The translations under genes and the position numbers were made by a program. Under the pieces are notes generated by a model. It saw only the letters and a list, made by a program, of their open reading frames with translations, did not search any database and was not told where the DNA came from. A stretch of 64,000 nt of DNA, taken from contig CAVVXN010000005.1 of the NCBI GenBank assembly GCA_963752285.1, positions 2,144,001-2,208,000 on the forward strand, given 5' to 3'. Origin of the DNA: an uncultured Planctomycetota bacterium. Its GTDB lineage: Bacteria > Planctomycetota > PLA2 > JAEUHO01. Each line of letters opens with the position of its first letter. The stretch's first letter is position 1. Shown here piece by piece: positions 63,080 through 64,000 of the stretch.

Positions 63080-63525
63080 GGCCTCGCGCACCCGCACGTC
63101 GGGCGCACCGCGGGGAGAGCGCCGCCACCGGGCGTGTCCCCACCGACGGGAATCGTGGGGCCGGCGCCACGCTGGCGCCGGCGCCAGAGCCCGCGACGCG
63201 GCGCCGGGCCGTGGCGACGGGGTGTGTCGCGTTCGAGCCGGGCTCCCCTCGGGCGGGCCCCTTCCGAGAGCGCCCGCGGCCGAGACGGCCGCGGGCGCGA
63301 GGTGAAACGACCCGGTCGGGTCGGTCAGCGCTCGTAGCGGGCGAGGAAGATTCCCGAGGGAGCGTTCGGCTGGGCGCCGCCTGGCACGGACGGATCGCGC
63401 CCGGTCCGGATCAGGGTGACCGCGCCGAAGCCATGGCCTGCGGAGCCGTGGATCGGGCGACCTGCATCCCCCCGGGCGGCGGCCTGATTCGGACGAATTG
63501 CTCTGGCTCCGTACGATCACTCGAT

Positions 63526-64000
63526 CTAATCGATCTCGATTTGGAGCCCGCCCATCGCCTGCATGACCGGGAGGATCAGCTCCGTCAGCGGCGAGATCGA
63601 CGACAGGTCGCTCCGGCCCATCGCCAGGTGCGTCGCGTCCATCGCGCCGATCGCCGCGTCCACCGGAAGCCACGTGTCGTTCGCGACCAGGACCTCGTCC
63701 CACATGTGGTAGCCGAAGAACTTCTTCGGCACCCCCGCCGGCGCATTCGGCGCGTTCAGGTACACGAGGCCCATCACCACGCGCGCGGGAAGGCCCGCGG
63801 CGCGCGCGAGCGCCGCCACGAGCACGGCGTGCTCCGTGCAGTCGCCCTCCAGCGAGTGCGCGGTGTCCGCGGCCGAGCCGAACCCCGTGCTGAAGTCCTT
63901 CTTCGTGATCTTCTTCGCGACGTACGCCTCGATCGCGTGCGCGGCCTCCACGGCGTTCGTCGCTCCCGCGACGGCCTCCTTCGACATCGACTGGATCAGC
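63526..64000 (-). CDS. Transglutaminase-like domain protein, 5' end beyond the window
   Basis: GDCTEHA, R..G.PARV..G, HMW.EV, W.PVDA catalytic triad. Confidence 0.88.
   Translation of the reverse strand, partial: LIQSMSKEAVAGATNAVEAAHAIEAYVAKKITKKDFSTGFGSAADTAHSLEGDCTEHAVLVAALARAAGLPARVVMGLVYLNAPNAPAGVPKKFFGYHMWDEVLVANDTWLPVDAAIGAMDATHLAMGRSDLSSISPLTELILPVMQAMGGLQIEID

Overview
High-GC bacterial window, probably Planctomycetota (inferred from the ECF sigma type, the delta-60 repeat protein and the hypotheticals). Ordinary host genes lie at about 1-7.8 kb and 56.9-64 kb. They flank a scrambled genomic island of about 48 kb anchored at tRNA-Arg(CCT) (7869-7945). The 3' part of the tRNA is duplicated as a 56-bp att core at 45843-45898, followed by a tyrosine integrase. 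The island is a pile-up of at least five diverged copies of one capsid-less, phage-like backbone in mixed orientations: DUF2924 - small ORFs - DUF5049 - a conserved ~104-aa 'anchor' ORF - VARIABLE SLOT - HNH - two Phd-like genes - ParB/N6-N4 methyltransferase - DUF1937 - P27-type TerS - TerL. Each slot holds a different, mostly intact cassette of secreted or lipoprotein genes, with sharp boundaries at the anchor/DUF5049 stop and at the HNH -10 box. The phage and defence genes around them are mostly truncated. The island also carries a TTL-like/RimK-like ATP-grasp plus HEAT cluster (interrupted by an intact IS1595), remnants of IS66, IS256, IS21 and IS3, and a ~3 kb tract with strand-specific loss of C that is most likely a sequencing or consensus artefact. 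All family names come from recognising motifs by eye, not from database searches. The many abrupt junctions could be natural decay or assembly/amplification chimeras.
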